A stretch of 64,000 nucleotides of DNA from Octopus vulgaris (Eukaryota), in contig OX597837.1 in the NCBI GenBank assembly GCA_951406725.2, positions 39,742,001 through 39,806,000 on the forward strand. Direction: 5' to 3'. The notes beneath the pieces are model-generated. The model worked only from the letters and a program-made list of their open reading frames with translations, was not told where the DNA came from and searched no databases. Below are positions 27,529-44,010 of the stretch, piece by piece (the first letter of the stretch is position 1; each line of letters opens with the position of its first letter). The position numbers and the translations under genes were made by a program.

Positions 27529-28779
27529 TTATACGACTGACTTCCACACAATTTCCATCTACGAAATTCAATCAGAAGCCATTGGTCAGACCGCACGGTA
27601 GGACTGAACCCGAAACCCCGTGGTTGCAAAGTAAGCTTCTTAACCACACAACCCCAACCGTACCTACAATGGCGGCAACCACCAATAACACGTCTAATAT
27701 AAACAATGGCTAAAGTACCGTTTGATATTTATTTAGCTTTCTTGTCGAGAAAGAAGGATGGAAATAGATTACGGCGAAGTTAAATGTTTACTCACAATCT
27801 GCAGATCAAAGGGTGTGGAAAATAATTTTTCAGCAACGTTATTTACATTATTTAAATAATGTTTTACATGCACAGCTCTCTTCCTCAGCTGTGTGTGCAT
27901 GCGCCTACGCAGTTTTTGTACGTTTTTATACACCCGCATCGACATTTTCTCTCTCTCTCTCTCTCTTTCTCACACGCACACACACATACACACACGCATA
28001 GATGGCACACACAGCACACACATATACTCGAATACATACACACATTTATGCATATAGGTTCGTATATGTCATGCTCTTATAGACAAGCAAACTCTTAAAC
28101 GGCTGTATGTTTGTTTTTGTTTTTCATATTCACGCTATGACTAGTTACCCTCCCCAATACACACACACATACACGCATACACACGTGTATTCATGCAACC
28201 AAACACGTGCCTTTCTACACAGTTTTCCTTCACATGGACATACGCTCCATGTAGCTATAACTACAACCCGTTCTTCTATAAGAGGATGCATATTAGAAAA
28301 AAACCCCCAAAAAAACTAAGCCATAAGAGAATAAGTAACATTAAGATAATGGAACATTAAGTTGATGTAGATGGGCGATGGATAAAGGAATAAAGGAATA
28401 TATGTTAAGAGCTGATAGATGTTAAAAGGTGACATAAATGATAAGTTTTTTCTTCATCTGATGAAAAAAATTTGATAAAATGTGTTAAAACAATTTTTTA
28501 AGATATAGAATCTAAAAACATAAAATGGAAAATTTTAAATGTAAAATTCTTTAAGTGGTGAAATATATAAAAAATCGATTGAAATAAATTGCAAATGAAT
28601 TTAAAATGACCGTAGATGAAGCGAAGTGATGTGAGAAAGAATAAAAATCAATCGATATTAAGAGGGCATTGATCTAAGAATTTTGCTGGCATTGGTGACA
28701 AAAGTTGTTTACAAAAGAGTTTAGGAAAGTTAACAAAATTATTTTCTGTTCAACCAAGAGCAAATACGATGTTATTTAC

Positions 28780-29125
28780 TAAGTCAGTTTAAAACGGCCC
28801 AGCGGTTACTTTCTTGTGTATCTGCTGGAATACAATTGGTTTGACTTGAGATTTAAGCTGGTAGAATTTTGTTGTAAGATGAGCCATTTCTCAGTTAAGC
28901 ATAACTAGCAACAGAACCAAAAGCTGAAGCTTCCGTAAGTAATAGAAATACGACAATATTGCTGCGTGAAGCCTAATATGACCAAGTGATTTTGAACACG
29001 TGGTTAGACGTCTCTACTTAACCAAATGTACCTTGAAAAAGCGGTAGTGCAGCATGTTTGATATTCAAAGAATGTGCACGCTGGATCCGTAATTCGAAGC
29101 TGTTTTTGAAGAATCCTATGTAATG
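28780..29125 (-). pseudogene. Second decayed Penelope-like GIY-YIG C-terminus
   Basis: Minus-strand fragments YIGFFKNSFELR, SRYIWL, FKITW, C*LCLTEKWLILQQNSTSLNLKS. Confidence 0.72.
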
Positions 29126-29134
29126 AAGTATTGC

Positions 29135-29298
29135 AGGAGCAGGAGTGGCTGTGTGGTAAATAGCTTGCTTACTAACCTCATGGTGCCAGGTTCATTCCCA
29201 CTGCGTGGCACCTTGGGCAAGTGTTTTCTACTATAGACTCGGGCTGACCAAAGCATTGTGAGTGGATTTGGTTGACGGAAACTGAAAGAAGCCCGTCG

Positions 29299-29373
<75 letters not shown>

Positions 29374-29585
29374 ATATGTTTGTGTGTTTGTGTTTGTCCC
29401 CCAACATCGCTTGACAACCGATGGTGGTGTGTTTACGGCCCCGTAACATTAGCGGATCGGCAAAAGATACCGATAGAATAAGTACTAGGCTTACAAAGAA
29501 TAAGTCCTGGGGTCAGTTTGCTCGACTAAAGGCAGTGCTCCAGCATGGTCGCAGTCAAATGACTGAAACAAGTAAAAGAGCAAAA
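29135..29585 (+). mobile_element. SINE family B
   Basis: Full-length match to the family. Confidence 0.9.
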
Positions 29586-30228
29586 ATGAGTATATATATA
29601 TATATAAATACATTCATTCACGCTTGAAGTATGATATGAGGGGGATCTGGCAACTATTTCAGGCAAGTTGAAACTTTTTCGCTGGTTTGCTTCTAATAAG
29701 TCAAATCGTTAATATCAATAAACATTTTTATTTAAAAAAAAAAAAGCATTATTTTATTAAGTCCATAAGCGACCACTGTAGAATTTGATCCGTGAACCTC
29801 GAGGCAACCAATTTGAAACTAAAAATAACTTGAGTCATTTTTCAACTCCTTTTAAGGTAATTTTTCTAACAACTTCATAGGAATCTGTTATAATGGTGAT
29901 TCTCACTTCCCCTATGTCTCCACTTGCCATTAAAATGGCGGCTATCTCCATATTCTTGGTAAAATATGAACAATGCATGTGTTAAGGAAGAAAATGTCAA
30001 CGTGTTTCAAAACACATTGAACAGCTATCTCTGAAATGATTTTGTTGAGGCTGTGGCGTGTTACTGCTGTGGCGAACGAATAAAAAATAACATTAAAAAT
30101 AAAAAAGCAAATCTCCAATACATTACAAAATACACAAACTCACATTCAGGTATACACACAAACACACATATACACACACAAACACACGCGTACATATGCG
30201 ATTATATATGCGCATATACACGCACACC

Positions 30229-30275
<47 letters not shown>

Positions 30276-30584
30276 GTATAGGTGTATATACGTACACACA
30301 CACACACACACATATATGTATATATATATATATGTAGAGATACGTATGCTGTATATTACAAACATATATATATATATAAATATACACATATATACAAAGA
30401 TATAGATACGTATGTACATGTATGTGCATGTGTGTGTCAATGTATCATGTATATCTGCGGATCTGTATATGTGCGTGTATACATATAAATATATATGTAT
30501 GTATACACGCGTATACGCACATGTATATATATATATATACAAATATATATACATATATATATATACATACACACACATATATAA

Positions 30585-30696
<112 letters not shown>

Positions 30697-30843
30697 ATTT
30701 GCACGCATGCATGCACACATACACACGTATGTTTAAATATAAGAGTATGTATATGCAAATATATTTATATATATACATACCGATATACTCACAGGCAGAG
30801 ATAGTCGCATCCACATACACTATCTACATCCACACTTCACACG

Positions 30844-30906
<63 letters not shown>

Positions 30907-30988
30907 CATATATATATATATATATGTGTATGTATATATATATGTATCTATATATATACATGTATATATACATGTATATATATGTATG

Positions 30989-31031
<43 letters not shown>

Positions 31032-31448
31032 ATATATATATATATACACACATATATATACATGCATCTACAGGTATATATATGTTTAGCGCACAACTGC
31101 GAAACAATGGCCGTCCTCGATATGAGCACGTTAACAAAAGGACAAGCAAGAACATCTTTTGGATCCATAATCAAAGAACACACGGCAATTTCTCCACACG
31201 AGTTCGCCAAAAATGATAGGCTAAAGAACAATTCTCTTAGTTGCAGTGAATAGAAAAATTCTCCTAGCGTTGATATTCAGCGTAAATCAACCTTTAACCA
31301 AACGCACAAAGGTCAAACGCTTCTCTCGCATAAAGTTCAAATGACTTTCATGAAAGACGTCGTTATTATTTTTGTTACCTTGTTTCTCGTTACCTCTATT
31401 TTTGTTATACTATATATTTGCCTTTTTTAATATTGATCTGTACTTTTG

Positions 31449-31595
<147 letters not shown>

Positions 31596-31828
31596 GCTTT
31601 TTTTTTACATTATGTGTGTGAAAAGATTACTGAAACAATATGTAGTGTTTCTGCGTAACACATGCTCTGACGTATAAACCGAGAATACAACACCTCTTTC
31701 GTTTTCTTTCCCCTTTATAAACGTTCTCTCCCTCCCTCGTTCTCTCTTGTTCTCTCTCATTGCTTCTACGTCTTATCCCTTCTCTCTCTCCCCATATATA
31801 TTTAGATATATCTGTATATATATGTGTG

Positions 31829-31922
<94 letters not shown>

Positions 31923-31940
31923 CGTCTGTCTGTCTACCTA

Positions 31941-32023
<83 letters not shown>

Positions 32024-32080
32024 GTCTATCTATCTATCCGTCTGTCTGTCTACCTAATTATCTATCTATCTGTTTGTTTG

Positions 32081-32166
<86 letters not shown>

Positions 32167-32343
32167 CCTCTTTTTCTCTGTCTTTATATATGTATACACA
32201 CACACACATCGCCATGTCTCGCTCTCTCTTTTCTTTCCCCTCTACGTATCCTTCTTTCCCTTTCTGCTACTCAATCTCTCTCTCTCCTCCCCATCTCTCT
32301 CTATATAATTTGCGTGTGTATGTACGCGTCTGTGTGTGCTTGT

Positions 32344-32396
<53 letters not shown>

Positions 32397-32445
32397 TTAT
32401 ATGTATATATATGTGTATATACATATATATATATACACATATATG

Positions 32446-32478
<33 letters not shown>

Positions 32479-32846
32479 CTTTATCTCTCTCATTCCTCTC
32501 CCTCCTCTCTTTCTTATCTTTCTTTCTCTCTCTCTCTCTCTCTCTGTACCAAGCTCTGTTTGACGAACAGAATTTCATTGTCATTGGTTACCGTTGCTGA
32601 AATTCATTCGCACCAACACCACCACCACCACCACCACCACGATGATGATGACGATGATCTCCTCCCCCCTCCTCGTCCTGTCTCCGTTTTGCATTTTCCT
32701 CGTCGTTATTTACACCTGTTTCTTTGTCTCCTATTCTCTCAAACAGCCAACTCAAGGATGACTGCACTGAAATTAGTGTAGTCCTCGATACACTAGACAC
32801 GAAGAAGAAAAGATAGACGAGTGCGAGTGCAGAACTGTATTCGGAA

Positions 32847-32896
<50 letters not shown>

Positions 32897-33159
32897 GTCC
32901 TCCTCCTCGTCCTCCTCGTCCTCCTCGTCCTCCTCATCCTCGTCCTCGTCCTCCTCCTCCTCCTCCTCCTCCTACTACTACTACCACCACCACCACCACC
33001 ACCATCATATCTTAGGGATCGTGCGAGCTTGTGGGAACTGCGCCCATGAGCTTTAAGTGGGAGAGGGCCTATTCCCCCTACTTGATGCAGGAAAGGTGTT
33101 CGGGTGAGTGATCTAAAATCCTTTTTACTATAAGTACAAGACCTGAAATTTTCGAGGAG

Positions 33160-33600
33160 GGGATAAATCAATTACATCGACCCCAGAGCGTAACTGGTAC
33201 TTGTTTCATCGACCCCGAAAGGATGATAGGCAAAGAAGACCTCGGTGGAATTTGAACTCAGAATGTGAAAACGGACGAAATGCTGCTAGGCATTTTGCCT
33301 GGCGTACTTAACGATTCTACCAGTTCACTGCCTTTCGATGACCTAAATTTTTATATATTTTCATATATCTTAATAGTCAAAGGCACAGGCGTGGCTGTGT
33401 GGTAAGAAGTTTGCCTCCCAACCACATGATTCCGAGTTCAGTCTCGCCGCGTGGCACCATGGGCAACCAATAAAAGAATAACAGCAAGCAGAGTCGTCGG
33501 CACACTGGACAAAAATACTCTTGACCATTTCGTCCGGCTTTATGTTCTGAGTTTAAATTCCGCTGACATCGACTTTGCCTTTCAGTGTCGATAAATGTTG
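33160..33600. mobile_element. SINE A (-), SINE B head (+), SINE A (+) fragments
   Basis: Family motifs at 33175-33335, 33382-33465 and 33485-33595. Confidence 0.75.
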
Positions 33601-33640
33601 TGATGAGAGTTTCGACGCCCCCTTGCGTGAGTCTATAAAG

Positions 33641-33685
<45 letters not shown>

Positions 33686-34166
33686 AACACACACAAACAC
33701 GCACACACACATATATATACATATGATGTATGTATATAAAACTACATAGAGTTTTGGTCGTCAAGCCATTTTCTCGTTTTCATTTATATTTTTACGGAAA
33801 ATACAAAAAAACTTTCCAGTAATACTGCAATACGCCTCATAAAGTTTGTGAAAATTTATCAGAAAAAAAAAAAAGGAGAAAAAATTGCTGACTTAAATTT
33901 GTTCTTGTTTGATAAGTCAATAGTGTTAATTTTTTTTTTCTTTTTCTTTTTCAATTTAAATGAGTTTCTGTGCAACAATGAAATAAAAAGTATACGAAAA
34001 TTGGTTCAGCGGAGAGAAAAGTTGGTCAATTTGCCAAAGGAAACTCTGAAGAAAGAGTAAAGCAGTCACTGATATCGTGCTCCAGACAGACATCGTCGTC
34101 GTCCTTTTCTTCATCTTCTTCTCCCCCTCCTCCTCCTCCTCCTCATCCTCCTCCTCCTCCTCCTCC

Positions 34167-34215
<49 letters not shown>

Positions 34216-34490
34216 CATCTTGAATTTTTTGTAAAATTTGTGTTGATTGAGACGGTAAACTTAGTCATGCAGCCAATGATTGAATTGGCCATTGGCGAAA
34301 ACTAAATAAATCGAACTTCAAAATACATACACCTATGCATGCAAATATACATCTATATATACGCATAGATACATTTATACAAATATCTGTAGACGAATGT
34401 ATATGTATATTTATACATGCACAGTGTATATATGTACGTATGTTTCCCTCCTCTCTCTCTCTTTCTCTCCCTCTCTCTCTCCACACACTC

Positions 34491-35702
<1,212 letters not shown>

Positions 35703-36977
35703 CCGTTAAAAGGAGGGCTGGGCATGCCGTGGTTGATGATGCGCAGACACGCGCTGAGACTGCGGCATCTCTGGCTCTATGTAGACGACGGTGAACAGGT
35801 GTGGTCGCCGTTTGTGAGGCACGCTTTCCCGCAGCTCGTCTCCATGACCGAACTGCAGTCGTGGATCAAAAAGAGGCCGAGGAAGGGCGAATGGCACCGC
35901 GAGTGTCGCGTTGCTCTCAAGCAACTCTGCCGTCCTGGGTCGACCTTAAGTGACTTCAACACAACTAAAGCATTCTATAGGGGTTTAGTGGAGGGGAGGT
36001 ACGACGACGAGCTCGGGGCGAACCTGGACGTCGACGAGGAGTACCTGACCCGCCTGTTCAGGACGACTTTCGGGCCAGGGCCCATGGACAACTTCCAGAG
36101 ATCCCTGGCCTGGCAGTGCTACCGAGAAGCGCTACCCGTTCGGGATAAGCTCTACAGACACGGCTCGAGAAACACGGGGCCGACCTGCCCGAGATGCGGT
36201 CAGAGCGACGAAACCGTTCTGCACGCACTCGTTCAGTGTCCAACAATTACCGACCTGTGGGCTTATGTCGAACAACTGCTGTCACGTGTGGGACGAGTCG
36301 GTTTATCAGCTGAGTCTATCGTCAATATTGTCACGCCTCCTTCCTTCAAACGGGAAGGAAGAGCTATTTTCATCATCCTTGTGGCTATGGCGAAAGAATG
36401 TATCTGTGGACGCGTCTGAAAGGATTGAGACAAACACTTTCCTCTCTGGTCAATCTCTCATCAACTTCTTCAAGTACCACTTGAAAAGGAAAGTGAGAGT
36501 AGAGAGGCAAGTTTTGTCTAGCGAATGTTTTAAAAAAAGATGGGTGAATGTAGCAAGAATGGCACGTATGAATGACGAAGCCACCTTGAGCATGATCCTA
36601 TGAACCCAGAAATTGAAAACAGAGAGTTGCTTATTTGCAAAAAAAAAAAAAAAAAAAAAGAAATATAACATGTGACTCCATTGACCGAGGTTACCGTGGT
36701 CTTTTCCGTAGGCTTTTCTTTCCACGGGTAAACCTCACCTGTCCTCCCCTTTACACTTCATATTGACATTTCTGTGATAACGATCCCTATTGATCAATTT
36801 TTTTTCCTCTCCCTTTTTTTAACCCCCCCTTTTTTTGTCCTCTTTCTCTCCTTTTACGATCCCTTTTGATCGAAACTCCCCCTTCCTTTTTTTTTTTTCT
36901 TTAACCCTTCAAAAGAAAAGCTCTACCTTGTAATTTGTTCTATCTGTGTGCAGCCCTGTGTGGCTAATAAAGAAACA
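35703..36977 (+). mobile_element. 5'-truncated L1/Tx1-like LINE: ORF2 C-terminus with CCHC zinc knuckle, plus 3' UTR
   Basis: GGLG motif; LPVRDKL..CPRCGQSDETVLHALVQCP..W; frameshift near 36405; stop at 36601-36603; TATC flanks. Confidence 0.93.
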
Positions 36978-37909
36978 TATCTATCTGTCTGTCTGTCTAT
37001 CTATCTATCTGTTTGTTTGTCTGTCTGCCTGCCTGCCTGCCTGTTTGTCTGTCTATGTATGTATTTATGTATCTATCTATATATCTATCTATGCATATAA
37101 TTATACTTTGTATACATGCATGTATGTATGTATGTATGTATGTATGTATGTATGTATGTATGTATGTATGTATGTATGTATGTGTGTATGTATCTGTGTG
37201 TCTGTGTATAATTGAACAAGACAAAATAAATAGAGCGCGGCGCGCAATACCACTTCAATCAAGATATATTTCAGAGATATACACGCGTTCGCGATTCTCA
37301 AGCAATCATCGATATTTTAATCCATACCCCCCCCACCACCACCACAACCTCCGCACACAAACATACACAAACACATACAGCTACACAGCAAGATACATAA
37401 ACACTGACAGACTCACACATACGAATACAACACAAGCATACACAATATACCACGCTAGCATACAGAGACACAAGTGTTTAATATAAACCAACTTAAACGA
37501 TCAGTAGTAAAGAAAGCTAATTGAAACGCAAACGATATTATGCTGAAAGACGAAATGTACGTTAAGTCATGTTTGAATGCTATCATTTCATTTTGTTCTT
37601 TATTTCTATTCGAAAGCATTTTATTTTACTCGAATAAAACTGAATTTATTATTACGTGTCGGTGAGTGCAACGTCATAGTGAACGGTCGCCATTATTAGT
37701 TTCGTATATTGCTGTCGTCTGCTTTAAATAAAATGGAAGAGAGAGAAAGAGAGAGAGACCAAGAAACGTTGAAGAGTGATATATTTGTATGTATATATGT
37801 ATGTATGTAAAAATGAAATAATATTTGAATAAAATGCATAAATAAATAAAACCAAAGGGAAAATTGGTAATAAAAGTTGATAATACATTTGACAAATCTA
37901 AATATAGCC

Positions 37910-38072
37910 ACTGGCGTGGCTGTGTGGTAGGGCACTTGCTTCTCAAACACATGGTTCCGGGTTCAGTCCCACTGTGTGGCACTTTGGGCAAGTGTCTTCT
38001 ACTATAGCCTCGGGTCGATCAAAACCTTGTGAATGTATTCGGTTGACGGAAACTGAGAGAAAACCGTCGTAT

Positions 38073-38105
<33 letters not shown>

Positions 38106-38370
38106 CATATATACATACGTTTATCTACGTATATCTACTTGTGTGTGTGTCTTTGCGCCTGTGTTTGTTCCTCGCTCACCTCTTGACAACCGGTGTTGCT
38201 GTGTTTACGTCCCCGTTATCTAGCGGTTCGGCAAAAGACACCGATAAAGCAAGTACCAGACTGAAAAAAAAATAGAATAAATAAAGGGGTCGATTCATTC
38301 GACTAAGGTTCTTCAAGGTGGTACTCTAGCATGGCCGCAGTGTCTACTGACTGAAATAAGCAAAAGAAAA
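37910..38370 (+). mobile_element. SINE family B (older)
   Basis: Full-length diverged match. Confidence 0.85.
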
Positions 38371-38861
38371 ATAAAAGTTTAAGATAAAATGATTATAATA
38401 AACAACTCCCCCCTCAAAGAAAACGATGCTGAAGCCGTACGAAATAGCATTTCCTGTCTGAAGATTACTCTACATATTTGCGGTTTAAAACCGGAATAAC
38501 CATGATATTGAATCAAATCGATATTTGATTAAGCTGAATATAGATAAACAATTGAATAAATAACATAAACAAATAAATAAATAACATAAACATAAAAATG
38601 AAATTAAATGAAAAATAGTAAAAAAAATAAATCGATAGCGAAGGAGGAAGAAAGAGTAGAAAAAGTTTTCTTATGATTAGACGTATCTTGCGATGTTTAC
38701 GTATGTCCATCAGATAATCGATGCCATTGATTTTTAATCGATATACAATAATTTTTGTTGGTTTCTGTTTCGGTCTTGTTGTTGTTAGTGCTGTTGTTGT
38801 TGTTTTGAGAAGTACATCTAAGAGATTTCTTAAACATTTCTACAAACCAAGCGTACAGACA

Positions 38862-38935
<74 letters not shown>

Positions 38936-38941
38936 TATATA

Positions 38942-39001
<60 letters not shown>

Positions 39002-39146
39002 CATATATATATGTGTGCATATATACATATATATATATATTGACATATATATACTGTATATATATGTGTATATATGCATGTATATATGTATATATATACA
39101 TATATGCTTACATACAAGCAAATATACGTATGCTTGTATATATATA

Positions 39147-39200
<54 letters not shown>

Positions 39201-40212
39201 CATATATACATATGTGCATGTATGCATATATATATATATGTATATATGTATATATATATATACATATATGCATACATACATGTAAATTTATGTATGCATG
39301 TATATGTGTACATATATACGTATGCACACACACACATATATATGCATGAATATACGAATATACATATATACATACATATATACATATATGCATATACATA
39401 CATACACACATAAATATATATGTATATATATGTGTATATATATATATGTATATAAAACAATATAAAACAAAACATGTATTTGTTATTTGTTTACTGCAAT
39501 TGGCCAAGAAAAGTTTATTCTAATCTCAATTGTATAATATATATATATATATATAAAACAAATCTTCGCCTCAAAAGTAAATTTGTTTTATCTTTTGTAT
39601 ATGTTAATAAAAAGAAAAAAATTCTTCTGTCTCCATTTTTTCGTCATTGGTACACAGAATACATTGAAATAATTATTTTCTTTACCGCAAACGTTGTTCT
39701 TTTCCCTTTGTATTTTTTTTTCTTTTCTTCCATAATTAACATGCATGAGGAAGTGTCAACATGATTATGCCTTGTTTTGTGCGCTCACTTTGAAAAAATG
39801 TTATCTTTAGAAAATTGAAAAAAAAACCTACAGAAATCCATAGTTTGATGTCGATAATTCGAGAAAGATTTTTTTTTTTTTTCAGTTCGTTTCGTTTCGT
39901 CTTCGTTTTCGTTTCGGTCGTTATTGATTGTGTTTTTTGATTTTTTTTTTTTTTGATGGGGTGAACATTATTTGATCATTTGTTCATTTATATTTTGTTC
40001 GTCTCGATTTCTTCTTCTGTTGAGGGATTTCGATAGAGAAAAGAAAATAAAAAAAAATATTTCTTTTGCTTCGAAAATTGGAAAATGATATACAATAAAA
40101 ATAAAAATAAAAATAAATTCATTTCTCAATCGGAGATGAAGATTGAATTTAATCGGTTGGGTTTAAAAGTATCGACATTGTTTTAAGTAGGAACGTCAGT
40201 TGTTTTACGATT

Positions 40213-41015
40213 ATAGATGTGTGTCACGATACGTTCAACCACTCACAAATACTCTCCAACCTTAAGTTCACAGATGCACTGTGTCCCCTCTATGTTTTTC
40301 TACCGCTACTACAACGGCCTCTTTTCTTTGTACCAGTTTCTTTGTACCAGTTTGTACTGGTACAATTACTTTGTACCAGTTTAAGAATACCAATATTATT
40401 TTAAGTTGGAATCTTGTCTCATAACCATAGATGTGTGCCACGACACGTTCAAATACTCACCAACTTTCTCCAACCCCAGAGCTACAGATCTACTATGTCT
40501 CCTCTATGTTTTTCTACCGCTACTACAACGGCCTCTTCTTCACGGAGATAACTAACTTCGTGCCAGTTTAAGAATACCGAATATTGTTAAGAAGGAATAT
40601 TATTTGTTTCATAGTCATAAATGGTTATAAGTTTCGCCGCAAACCTATTTTGTTGTAGGAAAAATTGCCATAAGAAATTTTATTTTGAATGATCCTAGCA
40701 CGTTTTTTTTTTAATGTTTGATGTTGAATAAAGAGTTGCTTATTTAATGCTTTCATAAAACCTTTTTATCATTCTTTTCTTTTTATTTAAAAAAATGCTG
40801 ATATGCTTTACTATTGTCCATACGGTGAATTTTCCTATATGGCGAAATTTCTTACGTCGAATTTACTGGACACTATCATAGGCGTGTGTTACGACACGTT
40901 CAAATACTCACCAACATTTTCCAACTGCTGATGCACAGTTGTACTGTGCCTTCTCTATTATGTTTTTCGTCCCTACTATAACGGCCTCTTCTCCACAGAA
41001 GTAGCTAACCTTATG
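40213..41015 (+). repeat. Three diverged copies of a ~150-190-bp unit
   Basis: ATAGATGTGTG..ACGTTCAA..CTACTACAACGGCCTCTT at about 40213, 40427 and 40878. Confidence 0.8.
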
Positions 41016-41074
41016 CCGTCTTCACTCACGCTCGCCCACCCCACGCTTCTCTTCATCAACATTATAACCACCGT

Positions 41075-41372
41075 GGAGGCACATGGCCTAGTGGTTAGAG
41101 CAGCGGACTCGCAGTCGAGGGATCGCGGGTTCAGATCTCAGACCGGGCGATGTGTATGTTTATGAGCGAAACACCTAAGCTGCAGGCGGCTCCGGCAGAA
41201 GGTAATGGCGAACTTCTGGTGACTCTTTCGTCCCAACTTTCTCTCATTCTTTCCTCCTGCATCTTGCAGCTCACCTGCGACGGAGCGGCGTCCCGTCTAG
41301 GTGGGGAACCCATACGCCAAGGAAACCGGGAAACCGGCCCTTATGAGCCAGGCATGGCTTGAGAAGGAACAA
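41075..41372 (+). mobile_element. SINE family D (tRNA-Arg-like head)
   Basis: GGAGGCACATGGCCTAGTGGTTAGAGCAGCGGACTCGC; (AAC)-type tail. Confidence 0.85.
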
Positions 41373-42395
41373 ACATACCCACCCTCCAAACCCACTCTAG
41401 CCTTTTTTTCTCCACTCCTTCTTCCTCAAAACCTTCCACCCCTAGAATTCTCTCCCAACCCGTATTTTTTTCTGCCGCCATTAATTTACCGTTTCTCCAG
41501 GGAAACATCAATCACATCTGTCCTACCTGTCTAGGATTAGAACCAGTGAAAGGCGCCAATACAACGCTTGATTCAAACTACTTAATCCTGCCATCTACCT
41601 TCTCCACCAACAACTTGCGTTTCGATGAAGGCCGTGTAGTCAGAGTCCTCAGGCACCTCTTTCACCGAGTCCTACTAGAAGCAAACGTCATTACACTTTC
41701 AAACTGGATTCCCGAGTTTGACTATTTAAGACTATGAATATAATCCAACCAGCTTATACAACCATCTCATTTTTTATCTACTCCTTAGATCTCCTGCAGG
41801 ATGGATGGGCTTGAAGAATCGATCTTGCGATCCTTACGATTCTTCAGACATTCTGATAACATGTCCATAATACCGGAACAGTGACGTCTCAATGCGGAAT
41901 GTTGGGCTTCTTTCAGTTTCCGTTACCAAATCCACTCACAAAGTTTTGGACGGCCCGAGGATATCCTAGGAGATACTTGCCCAAGGTGCCACTTAAATTT
42001 CCACATGATTTCCTTCAACCAAATTCACGCACGACGCATTGACTGGTCTAGGGTTATTGTAGAAGACACTTCTCCAAGGTGCCGACCCGCATTGGGCTTG
42101 AACTCTGAACTGCGTAGTTGCAAAATTTGCTTGATAACATCCGTTAGATTTATATTCGAAAGGTTGATGGGTTTTTCTGCTAAAGAAGATAATTTTGAAG
42201 AAAGCAGCTTATTGGCTTATTGGGAGATAACGCTGGACAGTGGCAAACAGACGCATTCAGCTTTTAAATAATCAATTTTATTGCTTTTTAATCGATACAC
42301 TGCAATTTGTTTTCGATTTAGGTTTTGTTGATTTAATTGAGAAGCACAGCTAAACCATCTCTTAAACAATTACACATACTTATATATATATATAT

Positions 42396-42628
42396 ATTTC
42401 TTTACTACCCACAAGAGGCTAAACACAGAGGGGACAAACAAGGACAGACAAACGGATTAAGTCGATTACATCGACCCCAGTGTGTAACTGGTACTTAATT
42501 TATCGACCCCGAAAGGATGAAAGGCAAAGTTGACCTCGGCGGAATTTGAACTCAGAATGTAACGGCAGACGAAATACCGCTACGCATTTCGCCCGGCGTG
42601 CTAACGATTCTGCCAGCTCTCCACCTTC
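42396..42628 (-). mobile_element. SINE A, full length with LINE-like tail
   Basis: Reverse complement of the array unit plus head. Confidence 0.92.
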
Positions 42629-42651
42629 ACTTATATAATATATGTCTCTCT

Positions 42652-42706
<55 letters not shown>

Positions 42707-42745
42707 CACATACAAACATTCATACACACATACATAGTATATATA

Positions 42746-43575
42746 CAGGATGCGGTGAATAAATTGTCGTCTAAATTACGCAAAAATGAAGATAACACTG
42801 ACATCTCATTTTAACAGATATATTTACCAAAATTACATAAAAATATCTTGAAATACTAAAGAGTAAATTTATTCAATAAAATCGCCATTGGCTTCAACCA
42901 CGGCCTCCGGACGACTTCAGAATCTCCTGCAATTCTTCTGGACGGTCTCCTTGTTTAAGTTGGTGAATGCTGCCATAATCTTTGCCTTCAATTCATCTTT
43001 GGTGTTACAAGGAATTTTGTTGGTCTCTCGTTCAACTGTGCCCCACACATAATAATCAAGGGGGTTGCAGTCTGGGGAGTTAGGTGGCCAGACGTTAGGG
43101 GTGATGTGGTTGCAGAAATTGCGTGACAGCTATGACTGAGTTCTCCTGCTTGTGTGGCATGGTGCCGAGACTTGTTCCCGGACAAGGGTCTTCCAGCAGT
43201 CATCCTCTTGACTTAGGCCAGCACTGCCTCCTCCAGGCATTTGATGTAGGTTTTCGTGTTGAGTGTGAGGCCGTGTGGGAAGATGATTGGAGACATAACG
43301 TAGTCATCACTAGTGATCACTCCAAACACTATGATGTTGGCTGGTACTTGTCCTCAGATTGCTCTGTCCTCCGTATTGGAGATTTCAGTGCGAATGCCAA
43401 TCAGTATAGCATGTCGTTTCGAAGTTTCTGACAGAGTGAATTGCGGCACGGTGCTGATTTTCGTACAGACGGTGCCCAACTAACCCTACTATACTTTATA
43501 GTCGAAAAAATCAAAAGAAAACAATGCGCATGCGCGAAATTAAAATATAAAATGGTGATAATTTACCCATCGCTC
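42746..43575 (-). mobile_element. Internally deleted Tc1/mariner transposon (maT/DD37D-like)
   Basis: Minus strand NIIVFGVITSD..APCHTS..WPPNSPDCNPLDYYVWG..VVEANGDFIE*; in-frame stops; TA|CAGG end with a degenerate second TIR. Confidence 0.88.
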
Positions 43576-43623
43576 ACACTCTCTCTATATATATACATAC
43601 AATGAGAGAGAGAGAGAGAGAGA

Positions 43624-43669
<46 letters not shown>

Positions 43670-43815
43670 GAAAAAACAGCACTTGAATATCAAAAATAGA
43701 GTAATTAACGGTTTATTGAAGCTGAATAGCAAAAACAAATCTCATTTGTCTGATGATCACTTATGTGAATCACTGAGTTTGTGAAGGTTTTCGGGTTCAA
43801 TAAAGCACTACACGC

Positions 43816-44010
<195 letters not shown>

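Noticed and set aside
41605-41695. Hammerhead-like pieces (minus CTGAGGA..GAAACG; plus CGATGAAGGC..AAACGTC)
   Set aside because: Stems I and II do not pair convincingly; at most a heavily decayed relic
43748-43790. CTGATGA followed by a small hairpin
   Set aside because: No GAAA core and no stem I; the same applies to CTGATGA at about 24128 and 28458
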